Shown here: in pieces, positions 47,193 through 57,676 of the stretch
Position numbering within the stretch: position 1 is the stretch's first letter
Layout of the letters: every line of letters starts with the position of its first letter
Assembly (NCBI GenBank): GCA_965219955.1
Contig: OZ244799.1
Span: 2,080,001-2,144,000, forward strand
From: a bacterium
Lineage (GTDB): Bacteria > UBA8248
Length of the DNA stretch: 64,000 nt
Direction of reading: 5' to 3'
The notes under the pieces: generated by a model
Databases searched by the model: none
The model's input: only the letters and a program-made list of their open reading frames with translations
Told to the model about the DNA's origin: nothing
Translations under genes and position numbers: made by a program

Positions 47193-49166
47193 TTACATTT
47201 CCCGGATAAAGCGCGCAGCATAACTTCTTACATCTTTCCCGTTCAGAACATGGAATCGACGTATGCGGGCGATCGTTTCCCCAGAAAATCGACCAATAGG
47301 TATGTGAATCAGATGCTTCTTATACAACCGCGCAATCTGCCGCCAGCGTGTATTTGGAGGGTGCGGACTCACCAGGGCGATGAATCGCTCTTTCGAATGA
47401 AAACATGCCCCTGCAATCAATCGCTCCTCCAGTGTCTGTGTGTAGTGAAAGTGCGAATCCCGCCAGACATCCTCGATGTACCTGGGAGGAAAAACAAAAA
47501 ATGCCCCGCCATACTGAGATTCCGCGACCCCCGGCCCCACCAGGTTGTTCTCAAACGGAGTCGCATACATGCAAAGAGTTGATTCTTCATCATGTTCCGC
47601 ATACCACATCGTTCGCCAGGAGTACTTTCCGGCATCGGCGGGCGTGTCGAACAAAAAAACGACGACCTCCAGGTTCCCTCGCGCAGGGGGAATTTCTTTT
47701 ACATAAAGGTCGCCCGTATGCCAGTTGCGAAGCGTTTCCCTGATGTCCAGCCCATCTTTTATCGACGTCGTGAATTTCTCGGTACGCGCCAAATCCTCTC
47801 CCAACAACGCCTTGGCTTGCTCGCGCACATGGGTATGAAAACTCTCTATCGCATCATCTTCCGGCGGCCAGGAACACATGCCGAAAGGATTCCACCTCTG
47901 GGCCCAATTCTTACTTTCAAACGGGGTGGGCTTGGGCTTGAGGGAAATACTCCTCCAGGTGACGGCTGAACCGCCCAACCGAGACTTCATCGTTCCGACA
48001 TCTCCACCGGGGAATGCCGCACGGCCCACACCCATATGGACAAGAGCATCTTCATTCGATGAAGTTTTTTCTGGCTGATACGGATATTTCCTTGCAGTCT
48101 CAAGCAAAGAGAGGGCAAAAGCATCTCCTGCGGTTTGCTTTGCCGCCAGGGCGAGGGTGAACAAATCCGGCGTCAATCTCCTTCCCTGAAGCGTCAGGTT
48201 CCGGACATATTGCAAGAAAATCTGGAGTCTTTGAGGCGTTACCCAGTTTTGCACGGGCCGATGTTCCTGGAGCCATGCCGTTCTCGCCTCCACGAGGAGT
48301 TCCTTGACGCCGTCGATAGAAAGATTGGAGTCCCCCAGGAATTCTTCACGTTTTTTTTCGTATAAATACGTCAGATAGGGAAACTCCCCCAAGAGGAAAG
48401 CCAGAGTATCCTCCGATACTCCATACTTTCGGGGCGGGTTAAGAGACGCGCCTTCATGCGACTCGAATAATTCCTTATCACCGGACGGCCCTTCTCGGCA
48501 CGCCGAGCGAACCCAGGGCCAATCCATCGCGGAACATACGAAAACGATGCGCTTATACCTGGCCTCGAGTTCCAGTAAGGCGTCGGCCATCCAGCGGATT
48601 CTCGCAGCACGCTGTGTCGAGGGAGAAGGCTTTGGAGCTACCGTCAAAAGAGTGGCTGCAAAAGCCTCCATCGGTACTTTTTTCAGCGCGTACGGATCCG
48701 GCAGCGCATGAACATCCTGATGGAAACGCTCCACTTCCATATCCACAAAAACCCTGGGAATACGCTCTCCCATCGCGACTCTCAAAGCGGAAATCACGGG
48801 TTGGCAAGGGTCGATGGGCACATAATTACAAGAAGACAAATTGGATTCATCCGCCAACGAATCTTCTTGAGCTCCAAAATCATCTTCCGCCTCGGGGTAA
48901 GCATCCCATGGCTCATCAAACCCTGCTTCATCACTTCCGGGATATGATGGCGTATCCTCATTCATCGATACGATGGAGACATATGGGAGGTCATCCACGC
49001 CTGCTTCTACTTCGTGCTGAAATGACGGAGGCAGGGGAATCGCAATACAATCGGGCTCAAGTCGCAAAATCCTGTCGCGCACTTCGACGGCAAAGTCCCC
49101 CGATCCGTGGATGACAGGAAGTACGCTGGTGCGATCGGTGATATTCAGGAAACCTCGCGCCACCAT
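47193..49166 (-). CDS. Uncharacterised 657-aa partner of the MoxR-type ATPase
   Basis: Long ORF starting 3 nt after the ATPase stop; 'LPVIHGS', 'R...MA..L', 'KDGLDIRETLRNW'. Confidence 0.8.
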   Translation of the reverse strand: MVARGFLNITDRTSVLPVIHGSGDFAVEVRDRILRLEPDCIAIPLPPSFQHEVEAGVDDLPYVSIVSMNEDTPSYPGSDEAGFDEPWDAYPEAEDDFGAQEDSLADESNLSSCNYVPIDPCQPVISALRVAMGERIPRVFVDMEVERFHQDVHALPDPYALKKVPMEAFAATLLTVAPKPSPSTQRAARIRWMADALLELEARYKRIVFVCSAMDWPWVRSACREGPSGDKELFESHEGASLNPPRKYGVSEDTLAFLLGEFPYLTYLYEKKREEFLGDSNLSIDGVKELLVEARTAWLQEHRPVQNWVTPQRLQIFLQYVRNLTLQGRRLTPDLFTLALAAKQTAGDAFALSLLETARKYPYQPEKTSSNEDALVHMGVGRAAFPGGDVGTMKSRLGGSAVTWRSISLKPKPTPFESKNWAQRWNPFGMCSWPPEDDAIESFHTHVREQAKALLGEDLARTEKFTTSIKDGLDIRETLRNWHTGDLYVKEIPPARGNLEVVVFLFDTPADAGKYSWRTMWYAEHDEESTLCMYATPFENNLVGPGVAESQYGGAFFVFPPRYIEDVWRDSHFHYTQTLEERLIAGACFHSKERFIALVSPHPPNTRWRQIARLYKKHLIHIPIGRFSGETIARIRRFHVLNGKDVRSYAARFIREM

Positions 49167-49169
49167 GAA

Positions 49170-50144
49170 TCAATCGTCTCGGCCGGGGTGCAAGGGGCTA
49201 TCGCCTCCAAAGAAAATATCGCCGAAATCAAGTGGAGGAGGCTCATCGCCGAGAGCCTGTCGTCTTCTGTGCGCAAGACTTTTCAAGTCCAAGGCATCAT
49301 CTCCCAACACCTTGGTGAGCGACTCTCTCCATGCTTCGTCTTGAGAGAGTGGGTGCTCCGGGTCCTGCGCGAGACGTTTCAGGGCGAATTGAAGGATGTG
49401 GATTCCATCCCGAGGGGAATATTCAAGGTCCAGAGCATGGGCTTCCTGCAAAAACTGCACCGTCAAGGCCAACATCTCATTGGGGGCAAACGGCAAGTGA
49501 TATTTCAGAATGGCCAGTTCATCTTTCTTGTTCGGGAATTCAAGCGCGAGGGTCGGCTGGAGTCTCGACAGGATGTAATCGGGCACCTCGTATGTCGAGG
49601 CATCTTCATTCATCGTCACACAACAGCGAAAATCCGGGTGCGCCTTTACCGTAATCCCCGCAACGATAGACTCCACATAACGGCGGTGATCGAGCAACGG
49701 AGCCAGCGAGGCCCAACTCTTCTCGCTCATCCGGTTGCCCTCATCGAGCACACAGACGCCTCCCCGTATCATGGCCGTAACGAGAGGGGATGCGTGATAG
49801 GCGATTTTCCCTGATTCCGCCAAAACGGGCGTGATCAAGAGATCTTCCGGGCGGGTATCGGAGGTGCACTGATAAATAAACAGTTCCTGGCCTCGTTCCC
49901 GCGCCGCCGCCATCGCCAGCGTGGTTTTCCCGATCCCCGGGGAACCAACAATTCTCGGAGAAAGAGAAAAGTCTTCTTCCGCAACCACCATCCAGCAGGC
50001 CTGAAGCTGGCGAAGCACTTCTATCTGGCCGATCCACTCCTGGTCGGAAACGGTGTGCCTGCCCAGATGCAGGGATACGCCTTCGATTTCCACTACTCTC
50101 ACTTCTGACTCTTCATTGCCTGATGTTTTATCGTGCAAAATCAA
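49170..50144 (-). CDS. MoxR/CbbQ-like AAA+ ATPase (AAA_5)
   Basis: Walker A GSPGIGKT, '[11 protein letters not shown]', 'SPLVTAM..GG', Walker B VLDEGNR, 'AHPDFR...TMN'. Confidence 0.88.
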   Translation of the reverse strand: MILHDKTSGNEESEVRVVEIEGVSLHLGRHTVSDQEWIGQIEVLRQLQACWMVVAEEDFSLSPRIVGSPGIGKTTLAMAAARERGQELFIYQCTSDTRPEDLLITPVLAESGKIAYHASPLVTAMIRGGVCVLDEGNRMSEKSWASLAPLLDHRRYVESIVAGITVKAHPDFRCCVTMNEDASTYEVPDYILSRLQPTLALEFPNKKDELAILKYHLPFAPNEMLALTVQFLQEAHALDLEYSPRDGIHILQFALKRLAQDPEHPLSQDEAWRESLTKVLGDDALDLKSLAHRRRQALGDEPPPLDFGDIFFGGDSPLHPGRDD

Positions 50145-50208
50145 CTCCTCATTTCAAAATTCGCATCAAACGGTCTTGGCATCCCACCCTTGCATCCGGG
50201 GCATGCTA

Positions 50209-50955
50209 CTAATCCGTAAAATATCCCCCGTTTACATCCAGGGCTTCTCCGGTGATATGCGCAGCTTCCTCACTTGCAAGAAACAAAGTGGGCGGCACCA
50301 ATTCCGCAGCCGTCGCGAACCTCCCCATCGGGTGTTTCTCCAGCGCTCTTTTGTACAATTCCGGCCCAAACTCTCGCATCAATGGCCCGTCAATCGGCCC
50401 GGGGACCAAACAGTTTACTGTCACTCTGGTTTTCGCCAGTTCGCGGGCAAGGTTGAACGTCATGGCCAAAATACCACCTTTTGAAGCGCCATAAGTGAGA
50501 TTATGGCCCAGTCCCCCCGATTTTCCGGCCCCCGAACCAAACAGGATGATTCGCCCCGCCGGAGAATCCTTGAGTGCGGGCATCGCGCCTTTGATGCAAA
50601 AATAAGGCGCCAGGAGATTCACGTTCAGAGCGCGCCTCCAATCAGATTCACCAAGCGAGAGCGGGTCTTTCACCAACATGTTCGCCGCCGTGTGAACGAA
50701 GATGTCACATCCACCAAGCCATGCAATCGCTTCTTTGCTCATGGCATTTAATTCATCAAAATTTTCCATATTGCAATGTATCTTCTTCAGCATCTCCTCG
50801 GAACCTTTGATGTGACGCAGTTTTTCTGAACTTCGACCCGTTGCGACAAGCTTTGCGCCTGTACCCAGAAATCCTTGAACGAGCGCTTTTCCCACATCTC
50901 CCGTGGCGCCGGTCAGGAGCACTTTTTTGCCATGAAAATCAAAACGAAGCGTCAT
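50209..50955 (-). CDS. Short-chain dehydrogenase/reductase (FabG-like)
   Basis: 'LTGATGDVG', YxxxK in 'YGASK', 'VNCLVPG', 'ITGEALDVNGG'. Confidence 0.9.
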   Translation of the reverse strand: MTLRFDFHGKKVLLTGATGDVGKALVQGFLGTGAKLVATGRSSEKLRHIKGSEEMLKKIHCNMENFDELNAMSKEAIAWLGGCDIFVHTAANMLVKDPLSLGESDWRRALNVNLLAPYFCIKGAMPALKDSPAGRIILFGSGAGKSGGLGHNLTYGASKGGILAMTFNLARELAKTRVTVNCLVPGPIDGPLMREFGPELYKRALEKHPMGRFATAAELVPPTLFLASEEAAHITGEALDVNGGYFTD

Positions 50956-51108
50956 CCTGTTTCTCCCAAAACAAGCGCATAACTTTCAACCAGCCCCTTC
51001 CCCTGATATATATCGAATAAGATACAATATCGACTAAAGGATAGCATTTTTGATAAAGGATTATCTTTTCGTCGCTTAGCATGCGAAACGACACCGTGGA
51101 GAACACCC

Positions 51109-52374
51109 ATGAATTTGCTTGACGAACTAAAACTCCGCGGTTTGGTCCATGATCACACAGACCAGACGCAAATGATGAGCGCATTACGAAAAGACGCGAT
51201 AAGCCTTTATTGCGGTTTTGACCCCACAGCCGACAGTTTGCACGTTGGAAATTTGATTCCCATAACGGGACTCATGCGCTTTCAACGCGCAGGACACCGG
51301 CCGATTGCCCTCATGGGCGGCGGAACCGGGATGATAGGAGACCCTTCGGGAAAATCAGAAGAAAGAAACCTCCTAAGCGCAGAAATTCTAGATCACAACC
51401 TCAAGGGAATCAGGACTCAATTCGAAAGGTTCCTGGATTTTGATGCGGGCTCAAACTCTGCGCGTATGATGAACAACGCGGAATGGCTGAACGAGATCCG
51501 TCTCATCGATTTTTTCCGCGACGTAGGCAAACATTTTCCTATTGGTTATATGATGGCGAAAGAATCTGTGAAGTCACGTATCGCCGATGCAGGAATATCG
51601 TACACCGAGTTCAGCTACATGGCGCTTCAGGCCTATGATTTTCTCCACCTGTTCGAAAAAGAGAATTGCACCTTGCAGATTGGCGGTTCCGATCAGTGGG
51701 GCAACATCACAGCAGGAATCGAGCTTATTCGGCGCGTCCATGGAAAACCCGCTTTGGGCATGACTTTTCCCCTCATTACGACTTCCGACGGCAGGAAATT
51801 CGGGAAAACTGAAGAGGGAAACATCTGGCTGGACCCGAAGCGAACCACTCCATACCGATTCTCGCAATACTGGATTCAGACGGACGACAGGGATGTCGGC
51901 AGGTTTTTAAGATACTTCACCTTCTTACCCGTTGATGAGATTGACGAAATTGAGAAAGAGCATCTCAAGTCCCCGGAGAAACGAGCAGGACAACGTTTCC
52001 TCGCTAAGGAATTGACGACATTCGTACATGGTTCTGCCGCAGCGCGCAGCGCGGAGCGCGCCGCCAAAATTCTTTTTGGGGCTCGACTCGATGACATCGA
52101 GGAAAATGATTTGCTCTCGCTGGTGGAGGAAATACCGATAACCCGAAAATCGGGAGCGCCGCCGTATCCGCTGATCGATCTTCTGGTGGAAACCGGACTT
52201 TGTAAATCGAAATCCCTGGCTCGAAAAGACCTGAAGGGCGGCGGCATCTATGCAAACAATCATCCCGTCAGCGCCGAGACGAGCACGCTGTCGGACGATG
52301 ATATTTTGTTCGGTCAATACATCCTGCTTCGGAAGGGAAAAAAGAACTATCATCTGTTAGAATTTGAAAGATAA
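51109..52374 (+). CDS. tyrS: Tyrosine--tRNA ligase
   Basis: 'YCGFDPTADSLHVGN' (HIGH motif), 'QIGGSDQWGNI', 'KFGKT' (KMSKS motif), C-terminal S4-like 'LRKGKKNY'. Confidence 0.97.
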   Translation: MNLLDELKLRGLVHDHTDQTQMMSALRKDAISLYCGFDPTADSLHVGNLIPITGLMRFQRAGHRPIALMGGGTGMIGDPSGKSEERNLLSAEILDHNLKGIRTQFERFLDFDAGSNSARMMNNAEWLNEIRLIDFFRDVGKHFPIGYMMAKESVKSRIADAGISYTEFSYMALQAYDFLHLFEKENCTLQIGGSDQWGNITAGIELIRRVHGKPALGMTFPLITTSDGRKFGKTEEGNIWLDPKRTTPYRFSQYWIQTDDRDVGRFLRYFTFLPVDEIDEIEKEHLKSPEKRAGQRFLAKELTTFVHGSAAARSAERAAKILFGARLDDIEENDLLSLVEEIPITRKSGAPPYPLIDLLVETGLCKSKSLARKDLKGGGIYANNHPVSAETSTLSDDDILFGQYILLRKGKKNYHLLEFER

Positions 52375-52516
52375 GCGAATATGGAAACCATCATTGGTCG
52401 CATTCTGGTGCAGGGGTTGAGCAAATCCTCCTGGAAATTCCGAGACATCTACAGATGGCGAAAATGAACTTGCGAATCAGACGACGCTTCAGCGAAGCCG
52501 AAGCAACCATTCAAAC

Positions 52517-53794
52517 ATGAACGAACGAAGAAGCGCTGCCCAGGTCGATTATCATGACCTGCCTCCCGAGTTTCACCAGTGGAAATGGCGTATTCTCATC
52601 GCTTTCTGCGTTTTCTACGCCTTCAACTATCTGGGCAGATTCAACTTCAGTCTGGTGCAATACGCGGTCATCCAGGATCTGGGCATCACGCGAGTCGATA
52701 CCGGGTGGATCAATTCATGGATGTTTTGGGGCTTCGCTTTCGGTGATTTGGTTTTCGGGCGAATCGCCGAAAAAATAGGCTACAAAAACACCATACTCTT
52801 CGCCGCCATTGCTACATCTCTGTTCAACTTCATCGCGAGTTTCGGGAATTCGATTACCACGCTCGCCATCCCCTGGGCGATGGTCGGTTTTGTGAACGCG
52901 GCCACATGGGGGCCCGGACTCGGCCTGGTCGCGCAATGGTGGCCCAGACGCGAGCGGGGGCAGGCGATTGGGCTCGTGGGAACGGCCGCCGGTATAGCGC
53001 TCCTCATCGTCTGGGCAGTCGTCCCCTGGACGGCTGCGCAATATGGCTGGCGAGTTGCGATTCGCTACCCTCCTTTGATCATCGCCGTTTTGGGAATCAT
53101 TTTTTATTTCATCGCCAAAGACAAACCCTCTGAACTAGACCTCCCTGAGTATATAGAGTCAGACCACGTATCCCGAGAAGCAGAAACGGCAGGCAGCGAG
53201 AGTGAACATGGACTGAAGGCGTATCTTCACTTGATGACCAATCTGCGCTTCTTTTTGGCGTGCCACGTAAAAGGACTGGACAACGTGGTTCGTTATGGTG
53301 TCGTCTCATGGGCGCCTTTGTATTACGCTCAGGTGGGTGGATTCAACCTGAAAGAGATGGGATTGCTGACCTTCGCTTATCCGTTAGGGTATTTGTTCGG
53401 ACCCATCTTCGGCGGAATCATTTCCGACCGATTCTTCAAGAGCAATCGGTCTATCGTCATCATACTCGCCGCCGTTCTAAGCGCCGCCGCGATGATGGGA
53501 ATCGCCTATGCGCCCGCCGATAACATTCCCCTCGCCGTTATTTTGCTCATTGTCGGTGGGTTTTGCGTCAACATGTCCACTGTGCAGGCGCTGGGGGTAG
53601 ACCTGGCCGGCAGGCGGCTGGCGGGAACAGCGGCGGGCGTGCTGGATGCCCATGGGTATATTTACGGCGCGTTGCAAGCCATATTCTTTGGATGGCTGTC
53701 TCTGGCGATTTCTAATGGATGGTTCTGGGTGTTCGCAACCATGGCGGCCAGCAGACTCATTGCGGTACTGCTCGTCTGGAGGGTGCGGGCGTAA
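52517..53794 (+). CDS. MFS transporter, OPA/GlpT-like family
   Basis: About 12 TM segments; 'YAFNYLGRFNFS', 'WWPRRERG', 'GTAAGVLD...Y'. Confidence 0.88.
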   Translation: MNERRSAAQVDYHDLPPEFHQWKWRILIAFCVFYAFNYLGRFNFSLVQYAVIQDLGITRVDTGWINSWMFWGFAFGDLVFGRIAEKIGYKNTILFAAIATSLFNFIASFGNSITTLAIPWAMVGFVNAATWGPGLGLVAQWWPRRERGQAIGLVGTAAGIALLIVWAVVPWTAAQYGWRVAIRYPPLIIAVLGIIFYFIAKDKPSELDLPEYIESDHVSREAETAGSESEHGLKAYLHLMTNLRFFLACHVKGLDNVVRYGVVSWAPLYYAQVGGFNLKEMGLLTFAYPLGYLFGPIFGGIISDRFFKSNRSIVIILAAVLSAAAMMGIAYAPADNIPLAVILLIVGGFCVNMSTVQALGVDLAGRRLAGTAAGVLDAHGYIYGALQAIFFGWLSLAISNGWFWVFATMAASRLIAVLLVWRVRA

Positions 53795-53848
53795 AACAGG
53801 TTATTTTCCTCACAAAAGTTGAGAGGTTTGCTTTTTCAAGCTTAACCA

Positions 53849-55246
53849 TCATTTCTCAATAGCCCGTCTCAAGCCTTTCAATATTTCCAACCGAATCCCG
53901 TTTTCATCATTTGTAAATTTTTGCTCGAGAAATGAAAGCAGGTGTTGAACCCAAATTGCCCGGTCCTCTTGTGACATCACCAAATACAAGGACGTCCCGA
54001 AACGCCATTCCTTGTCCGAGCCACGAACGATGACATCGAGTCGAAAGTCGTCCTGCCTCGCAAGAAACATCGCCGTTAAAAGATCCCGCCCATTCTCCAA
54101 ATCAAAGGGAAATGATTTTTTCGTTCCAACTCCGAATCGAAGATTCAAACCCAACTTCGTCGAATCGGCCCATTCCGGGGAATCAAAAACGACCGAAAGC
54201 AATTCAGGGGAGGCGGAAGCATCAACGCCAACCACGATATAAGTTTCACCACCTACCGTGAACCTCGCCGATGAGAGAAGGCTGCCCTCTTGATGTTTTT
54301 CGCTTAAAAATTCTATTAACCAATCGGGCAATCTCTCCCGTCCGGGATAAGCCGTGGGCGTTTGGCCTTCATTCAACAATTGGAGTTTGTTTGCCCAAGC
54401 GAGCAAAGAAACCAGCAATGGCGGCGTGGGACGCAGGATTTCCGACTCCCAAGGCGTCATACCGGCCATGACCCCATCAAGACTCCCTATCAATCCAGCC
54501 TGCAAATTCCGCCACGTCGTTTTTTGTTCAATGTCCCCTCCAGATTCAATCGAAATTCTCAGCCCCTCTATCGCCACCAACCGACTAACCAATCCGGACA
54601 AATGGTGATTTTCCTCCATCACTCCATACATTTTCCGGGCTTCGGCAACATTTTCAGCCAAAACATTATCATCAAGCCGTGAGTCCAGATTCACCGGCAG
54701 AGGAAGCAAACCGGTATTCGGGTCGCTGGAGCGTCTCCAAAGGCCGCGAGCGCCTTCTAAAGCAGCTCTCGCGGCCTGCTCCGTACGAATCTCCCAGACA
54801 CCGGAAAGTTCTTCTCGTATGGCGCCTTCACCGACCCCCTCGTCGAACATGTGCGCCAACCGCCGGAGCAACAAACTGAAAAACGCCGATTGCGCCTTCG
54901 CCATGGAGGACAATTTTCCGCGCCTCGACGTGAGGGCCGTCAACGCCAGATACAGGGTGCCGACCTCCGGCTTCATGCCCTGAGCGCCATACAGCGCCGT
55001 CAGCTTCTCCATGCGCTGAAGGACAAACCCCAACTCCTCACCGGCCAACAGCTTCAAATGGATAAAAGAGATCGGAAGGACCTGCTCAGGCAGGATGGGT
55101 TCCGCCTGGGGAGAAAAAAGCGTTTGGGTGAAATTTTGCCTGATTTGCTCGCCTACATCCCCGAAATTCTCACGCAGGTAACGCTCACAAGACGACTCCC
55201 ACCAATCGCAAAACAAGCTTAGCGGCGCGGTTGGAGACACCCTCAT
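53849..55246 (-). CDS. Hypothetical protein (465 aa)
   Basis: Long ORF with an ATGA overlap to the upstream small gene; no family recognised. Confidence 0.7.
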   Translation of the reverse strand: MRVSPTAPLSLFCDWWESSCERYLRENFGDVGEQIRQNFTQTLFSPQAEPILPEQVLPISFIHLKLLAGEELGFVLQRMEKLTALYGAQGMKPEVGTLYLALTALTSRRGKLSSMAKAQSAFFSLLLRRLAHMFDEGVGEGAIREELSGVWEIRTEQAARAALEGARGLWRRSSDPNTGLLPLPVNLDSRLDDNVLAENVAEARKMYGVMEENHHLSGLVSRLVAIEGLRISIESGGDIEQKTTWRNLQAGLIGSLDGVMAGMTPWESEILRPTPPLLVSLLAWANKLQLLNEGQTPTAYPGRERLPDWLIEFLSEKHQEGSLLSSARFTVGGETYIVVGVDASASPELLSVVFDSPEWADSTKLGLNLRFGVGTKKSFPFDLENGRDLLTAMFLARQDDFRLDVIVRGSDKEWRFGTSLYLVMSQEDRAIWVQHLLSFLEQKFTNDENGIRLEILKGLRRAIEK

Positions 55247-55464
55247 TCGCTCTCGGACATGGGTGATTGATTGTGCTCACCTATTGAGGCCGCAGTCGCA
55301 CGTGCCTTCTTCTGGAGCAAACGTCCGAGAGAAAACAAAATGACCGCGGAACCCAATATGACGAGTTGGATGGCATAGGCCGAAGGATTCGAAATGCCTA
55401 TGAGCAAGGCGACCCCGCAATCCACCATCGCGAGAATCTGAAGAGCGCGCCCCAGGCCAAACAT
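55243..55464 (-). CDS. Small membrane protein (2 TM)
   Basis: Two hydrophobic helices; start overlaps the aminotransferase stop. Confidence 0.65.
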   Translation of the reverse strand: MFGLGRALQILAMVDCGVALLIGISNPSAYAIQLVILGSAVILFSLGRLLQKKARATAASIGEHNQSPMSESE

Positions 55465-56660
55465 CAGCCAAGTTGTCCCACGGCCGCTCTGATTCGTTCG
55501 ATTCCTTCTTTTACGTTCTCCAGGGAGGTCGCGTAGGAGAAACGCACGTAATTATCATTGCCGAAACCGGCGCCGGGCACGCCGGCGCAGTGGGCGTGTT
55601 CGAGGAGGTACAACCCCACATCCATTGAATTTTTCAATACTCCATCCGGCCCCTGACGCCCGAAAATATCACTCACCCGGGGAAAGGCGTAAAACGCGCC
55701 CTTGGGGTTCACGACGCTCAGCCCGTCGATCGAGTTCAGTCCCTCGACGATCGCCTTCCTTCTCGCGTCGTATTGCGCCAGCCATTCGCCCAGGAACTCA
55801 TGAGAGCCCCTGAGAGCCGCAACGCCTCCGTATTGGGCGAAGGAGGTGGCGTTGCTCGTGCTCTGGCCCTGCAGCGTGTCCATGGCTTCGATGATTTCAG
55901 AGCTCCCGAGCGTATAGCCCAGGCGCCAGCCCGTCATCGCGTACGTTTTCGAGAACCCGTCCAGAACGAGGGTGCGCGCCTTCATTTCGGGGGAGAAGCC
56001 GGCGATCGAAAAATGTTCCTCGCCGTCATAGGTGATTTTCCCGTAAATCTCATCGGACATGACCATCGCGCCGGTGGACAACACCACTTCGGCAATCGCT
56101 TCCAGCTCCTCGCGGCTGTACACGCAGCCCGAAGGGTTGCACGGGCTGTTGATCACCACGATTTTCGTTCGCTCATTCACGGCTTCGCGCAACTGCTCGG
56201 CCGTCATCTTGTGGCCGTTTTCCTCGCTCGTCTGAACCAGTACCGGTTTCGCCCCGGTCAGGGTGGCGACGGGCTCATAGGCCACCCAGATGGGTGCGGG
56301 GATGACGACCTCATCGCCCTCCTCGACGAGGACGTGCAAGGCGTTGAAGACCGATTGCTTCCCGCCCACGGTAACTATCGCTTCCGTTTTCGGGTCATAC
56401 CGGAGACCTTTGTGCTCCTCGGCCCAATCGCAAATCGCCTCCCGCAGGGAGGGTATGCCCCGAACCGCCGTGTATTTCGTGGCGCCGTCCCGCAGACCCT
56501 GAATGGCTCCTTCCTTGATGTGTTCGGGGGTATCGAAATCGGGCTCTCCCGCAGCGAACGAGATGACGTCGACACCCTGCGCCTTCATTTCCGACGCTTT
56601 CGTATTCATCGCCAGCGTGGGAATGGGAGGCAACTTGCTCATTCGGGATGCAAAACGCAT
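55464..56660 (-). CDS. aspC: Class I PLP-dependent aminotransferase (aspartate aminotransferase-like)
   Basis: 'GEPDFDTP', 'NSPCNPSG', 'SDEIY', 'FSKTYAMTGWRLG', 'VRFSYAT'. Confidence 0.9.
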   Translation of the reverse strand: MRFASRMSKLPPIPTLAMNTKASEMKAQGVDVISFAAGEPDFDTPEHIKEGAIQGLRDGATKYTAVRGIPSLREAICDWAEEHKGLRYDPKTEAIVTVGGKQSVFNALHVLVEEGDEVVIPAPIWVAYEPVATLTGAKPVLVQTSEENGHKMTAEQLREAVNERTKIVVINSPCNPSGCVYSREELEAIAEVVLSTGAMVMSDEIYGKITYDGEEHFSIAGFSPEMKARTLVLDGFSKTYAMTGWRLGYTLGSSEIIEAMDTLQGQSTSNATSFAQYGGVAALRGSHEFLGEWLAQYDARRKAIVEGLNSIDGLSVVNPKGAFYAFPRVSDIFGRQGPDGVLKNSMDVGLYLLEHAHCAGVPGAGFGNDNYVRFSYATSLENVKEGIERIRAAVGQLG

Positions 56661-56687
56661 GAGAAACTCCAGGGTTAGAAAATGGAA

Positions 56688-57173
56688 TCAGCTGCGGAGG
56701 CGCTCGCCGAGCGCCTCTCGCACGGAGGCGGAAACGTGATCGCTCACGTCTCCGCCGAGTGAGGCGACTTCCTTCACGAGGCTGGAACTGAGGAAACTGT
56801 ACTGTTCGCTGGGCATGAGGAAAATCGTTTCGATCTCCTCGTTCAGCCTTCTGTTCATGAGCGTCATCTGCATTTCATAATCAAAATCGCTCACGGCGCG
56901 AAGGCCGCGAATGATGGCCTGGGCATTCACATTCACGGCGAATTCCACGAGCAGTTCACGCTCGAAGCTCGTGACTTCGAGCTGGTTCGACTCCCTGAAT
57001 TCTTCCAGAAAGAAACTCTTGCGCTCCTCGAAGCTGAACAAGGGCGCTTTCGAGGGGTGAGCGGAAATGGCCACGGTAACCTTTGAGAAAAGCCTCTGGC
57101 TCCTGCGAACGACGTCGAAATGCCCTTTCGTCGGCGGATCGAAAGTACCCGGATATACCGCATGACTTTCCAT
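56688..57173 (-). CDS. coaD: Pantetheine-phosphate adenylyltransferase
   Basis: 'VYPGTFDPPTKGH', 'IRGLRAVSDFDYE', 'SSSLVKEVA'. Confidence 0.96.
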   Translation of the reverse strand: MESHAVYPGTFDPPTKGHFDVVRRSQRLFSKVTVAISAHPSKAPLFSFEERKSFFLEEFRESNQLEVTSFERELLVEFAVNVNAQAIIRGLRAVSDFDYEMQMTLMNRRLNEEIETIFLMPSEQYSFLSSSLVKEVASLGGDVSDHVSASVREALGERLRS

Positions 57174-57369
57174 GAAAACAAACCTCATCTGGAGCGAAAG
57201 GGGCTTATCCCCGTGCGAAATCCGCGTTAAAACTAGTCCTTTGGATATCTCGTGTCAACTTGAAGGTCGTGAAACCGCTGCGAGGAGAACCAGGCGGGGC
57301 CTGCGCTCCATTTCGCCCGGCAGATCCCCGAATTCCGGCCCCGTTGACAAGACCCGAGGAGAGAGGAAT

Positions 57370-57607
57370 CACTCCCCCCTTGAGGAGGCTGTTGAAAAAG
57401 CCCGTTTTAGTGCGTGCGGTATTGGGGATTACGCGTCGGTCATCCTTCCTGCCGTGCAAGCGGCCACAAAACTTCATCCTGAGTAGGCGCGTAAGCGCCG
57501 TATCGAAGGATGGGAGGCGGCTCCTAACGTGCGAGAGGGCATCCTTCGATACGCCGCCTTCGGCGGCTACTCAGGATGAGGCGGGGAGAGGCTTTTTCAA
57601 CAATCCC
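57370..57607. mobile_element. MITE/REP mosaic H
   Basis: CACTCCCCCCTTGAG followed by GAGGCTGTTGAAAAAG...CTTTTTCAACAATCCC; cassette similar to mosaic C. Confidence 0.8.
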
Positions 57608-57676
57608 ATTCCGCAGGAAATTGCGAATTTTTTCATCCAGCCGGGAGCCGGCTTCCCGCATCCGATACGGAACGCC

